Assembly: GCA_963725745.1 (NCBI GenBank) | Contig: CAVRZS010000003.1 | Span: forward strand, 428,260 to 492,259 | Direction: 5' to 3' | Length of the DNA: 64,000 nucleotides | DNA from: an uncultured Chloroflexia bacterium | Lineage (GTDB): Bacteria > Chloroflexota > Limnocylindria > Limnocylindrales > CSP1-4 | In this document: positions 63,510 to 64,000 of the stretch, one piece after another | Layout: the number at the start of each line of letters is the position of its first letter | Position numbering within the stretch: the first letter of the stretch is position 1 | Made by a program: the position numbers and the translations under genes | The notes under the pieces: model-generated | Databases searched by the model: none | What the model saw: only the letters and a program-made list of their open reading frames with translations | Told to the model about the DNA's origin: nothing

Positions 63510-64000
63510 ATGCGGATCGTCGAACCCCCGGAGGCCGTCGCCTCGATACGCTCGGGCGACCAGGTGTACGTGCACTGCGCCGCGGCGACGCCGTCGGTCC
63601 TGCTCGACGCGCTCGTCGCGCGGGCCCCTGAGCTGCACGACGTCGGCATGGTCCACCTCCATATCGAGGGCCCGGGTCCGCACCTCGCCCCGGACATGGC
63701 GGGACACTTCCGCCACCGCGCGCTGTTCATCGGGCCCAACGCCCGGGCGGCCGTGAACGAGGGCCGGGCCGACTACGTCCCGGTGTTCCTGTCCGATGTC
63801 CCCCAGCTGTTCGACTCGGGCACGATCCCCCTGGACGTCGCGTTCGTGAACGCCACGCCGCCCGACGACCACGGGTTCTGCTCCCTTGGCACGAGCGTCG
63901 AGGCCATGCACGCCGCGATCCGGGGGGCGAAGACGGTGGTGGTGCAGTTCAACCGCTCCATGCCCCGCACGCTCGGCGACAGCTTCATCCACGTCAGCGA
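63510..64000 (+). CDS. Acetyl-CoA hydrolase/transferase family protein (4-hydroxybutyrate CoA-transferase-like), N-terminal part; runs off the window
   Basis: Own translation from ATG 63510: MRIVEPPEAVASIRSGDQVYVHCAAATPSVLLDALVARAPELHDVGMVHLHIEGPGPHLAPDMAGHFRHRALFIGPNARAAVNEGRADYVPVFLSDVPQLF...VAFVNATPPDDHGFCSLGTSVEA. It is not in the ORF track because it is open at the edge. Confidence 0.8.
   Translation, partial: MRIVEPPEAVASIRSGDQVYVHCAAATPSVLLDALVARAPELHDVGMVHLHIEGPGPHLAPDMAGHFRHRALFIGPNARAAVNEGRADYVPVFLSDVPQLFDSGTIPLDVAFVNATPPDDHGFCSLGTSVEAMHAAIRGAKTVVVQFNRSMPRTLGDSFIHVS

Overview
This is a very GC-rich bacterial chromosomal segment. I saw no rRNA, tRNA, CRISPR array, transposase or integrase. 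It holds about 58 genes, mostly core metabolism. Most lie on the minus strand in long co-directional strings with 1-4 nt start/stop overlaps and frequent GTG/TTG starts.

Content from left to right:
- lldD-like gene (partial), pcrA, two small envelope proteins, and groES-groEL with a CIRCE operator
- DUF389, tatD, a small acidic ORF, and a 1388-aa mosaic protein ending in a type-II PI4-kinase-like domain
- metG, an MFS transporter, and a histidine-ammonia-lyase homologue that lacks the MIO glycine
- a purine cluster purA-D-B-C-S-Q-L-F-M-N/H, with purN and purH in one reading frame
- aldehyde dehydrogenase, a 0.5-kb array of ~40-nt GC-rich repeats, an ssb paralogue, a secreted beta-helix-like protein and rsmI
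- a split glutamine-dependent NAD synthetase
- a decayed second peptide-ABC locus: a 5'-truncated ATPase pseudogene plus a circularly permuted family-5 binding protein
- a complete Opp/Dpp-type ABC operon, then NUDIX-gcvT-H-PA-PB, DUF2520 and acnA
- an sqr-tusA-dsrE2-tusA-dsrE sulfur module, hemerythrin, a tandem USP and a CoA-transferase (partial)

Gene style (split gcvP, split nadE, CIRCE) suggests a high-GC Terrabacteria lineage, Actinomycetota- or Chloroflexota-like. I cannot be more specific from the sequence alone.

Seven conserved genes carry eight single-base frame shifts at G/C runs. The simplest explanation is an assembly or homopolymer error signature.

The best candidate for something new is the giant protein at 9.2-13.4 kb together with its translationally coupled 90-codon partner. 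The pair is wedged between metG and tatD.
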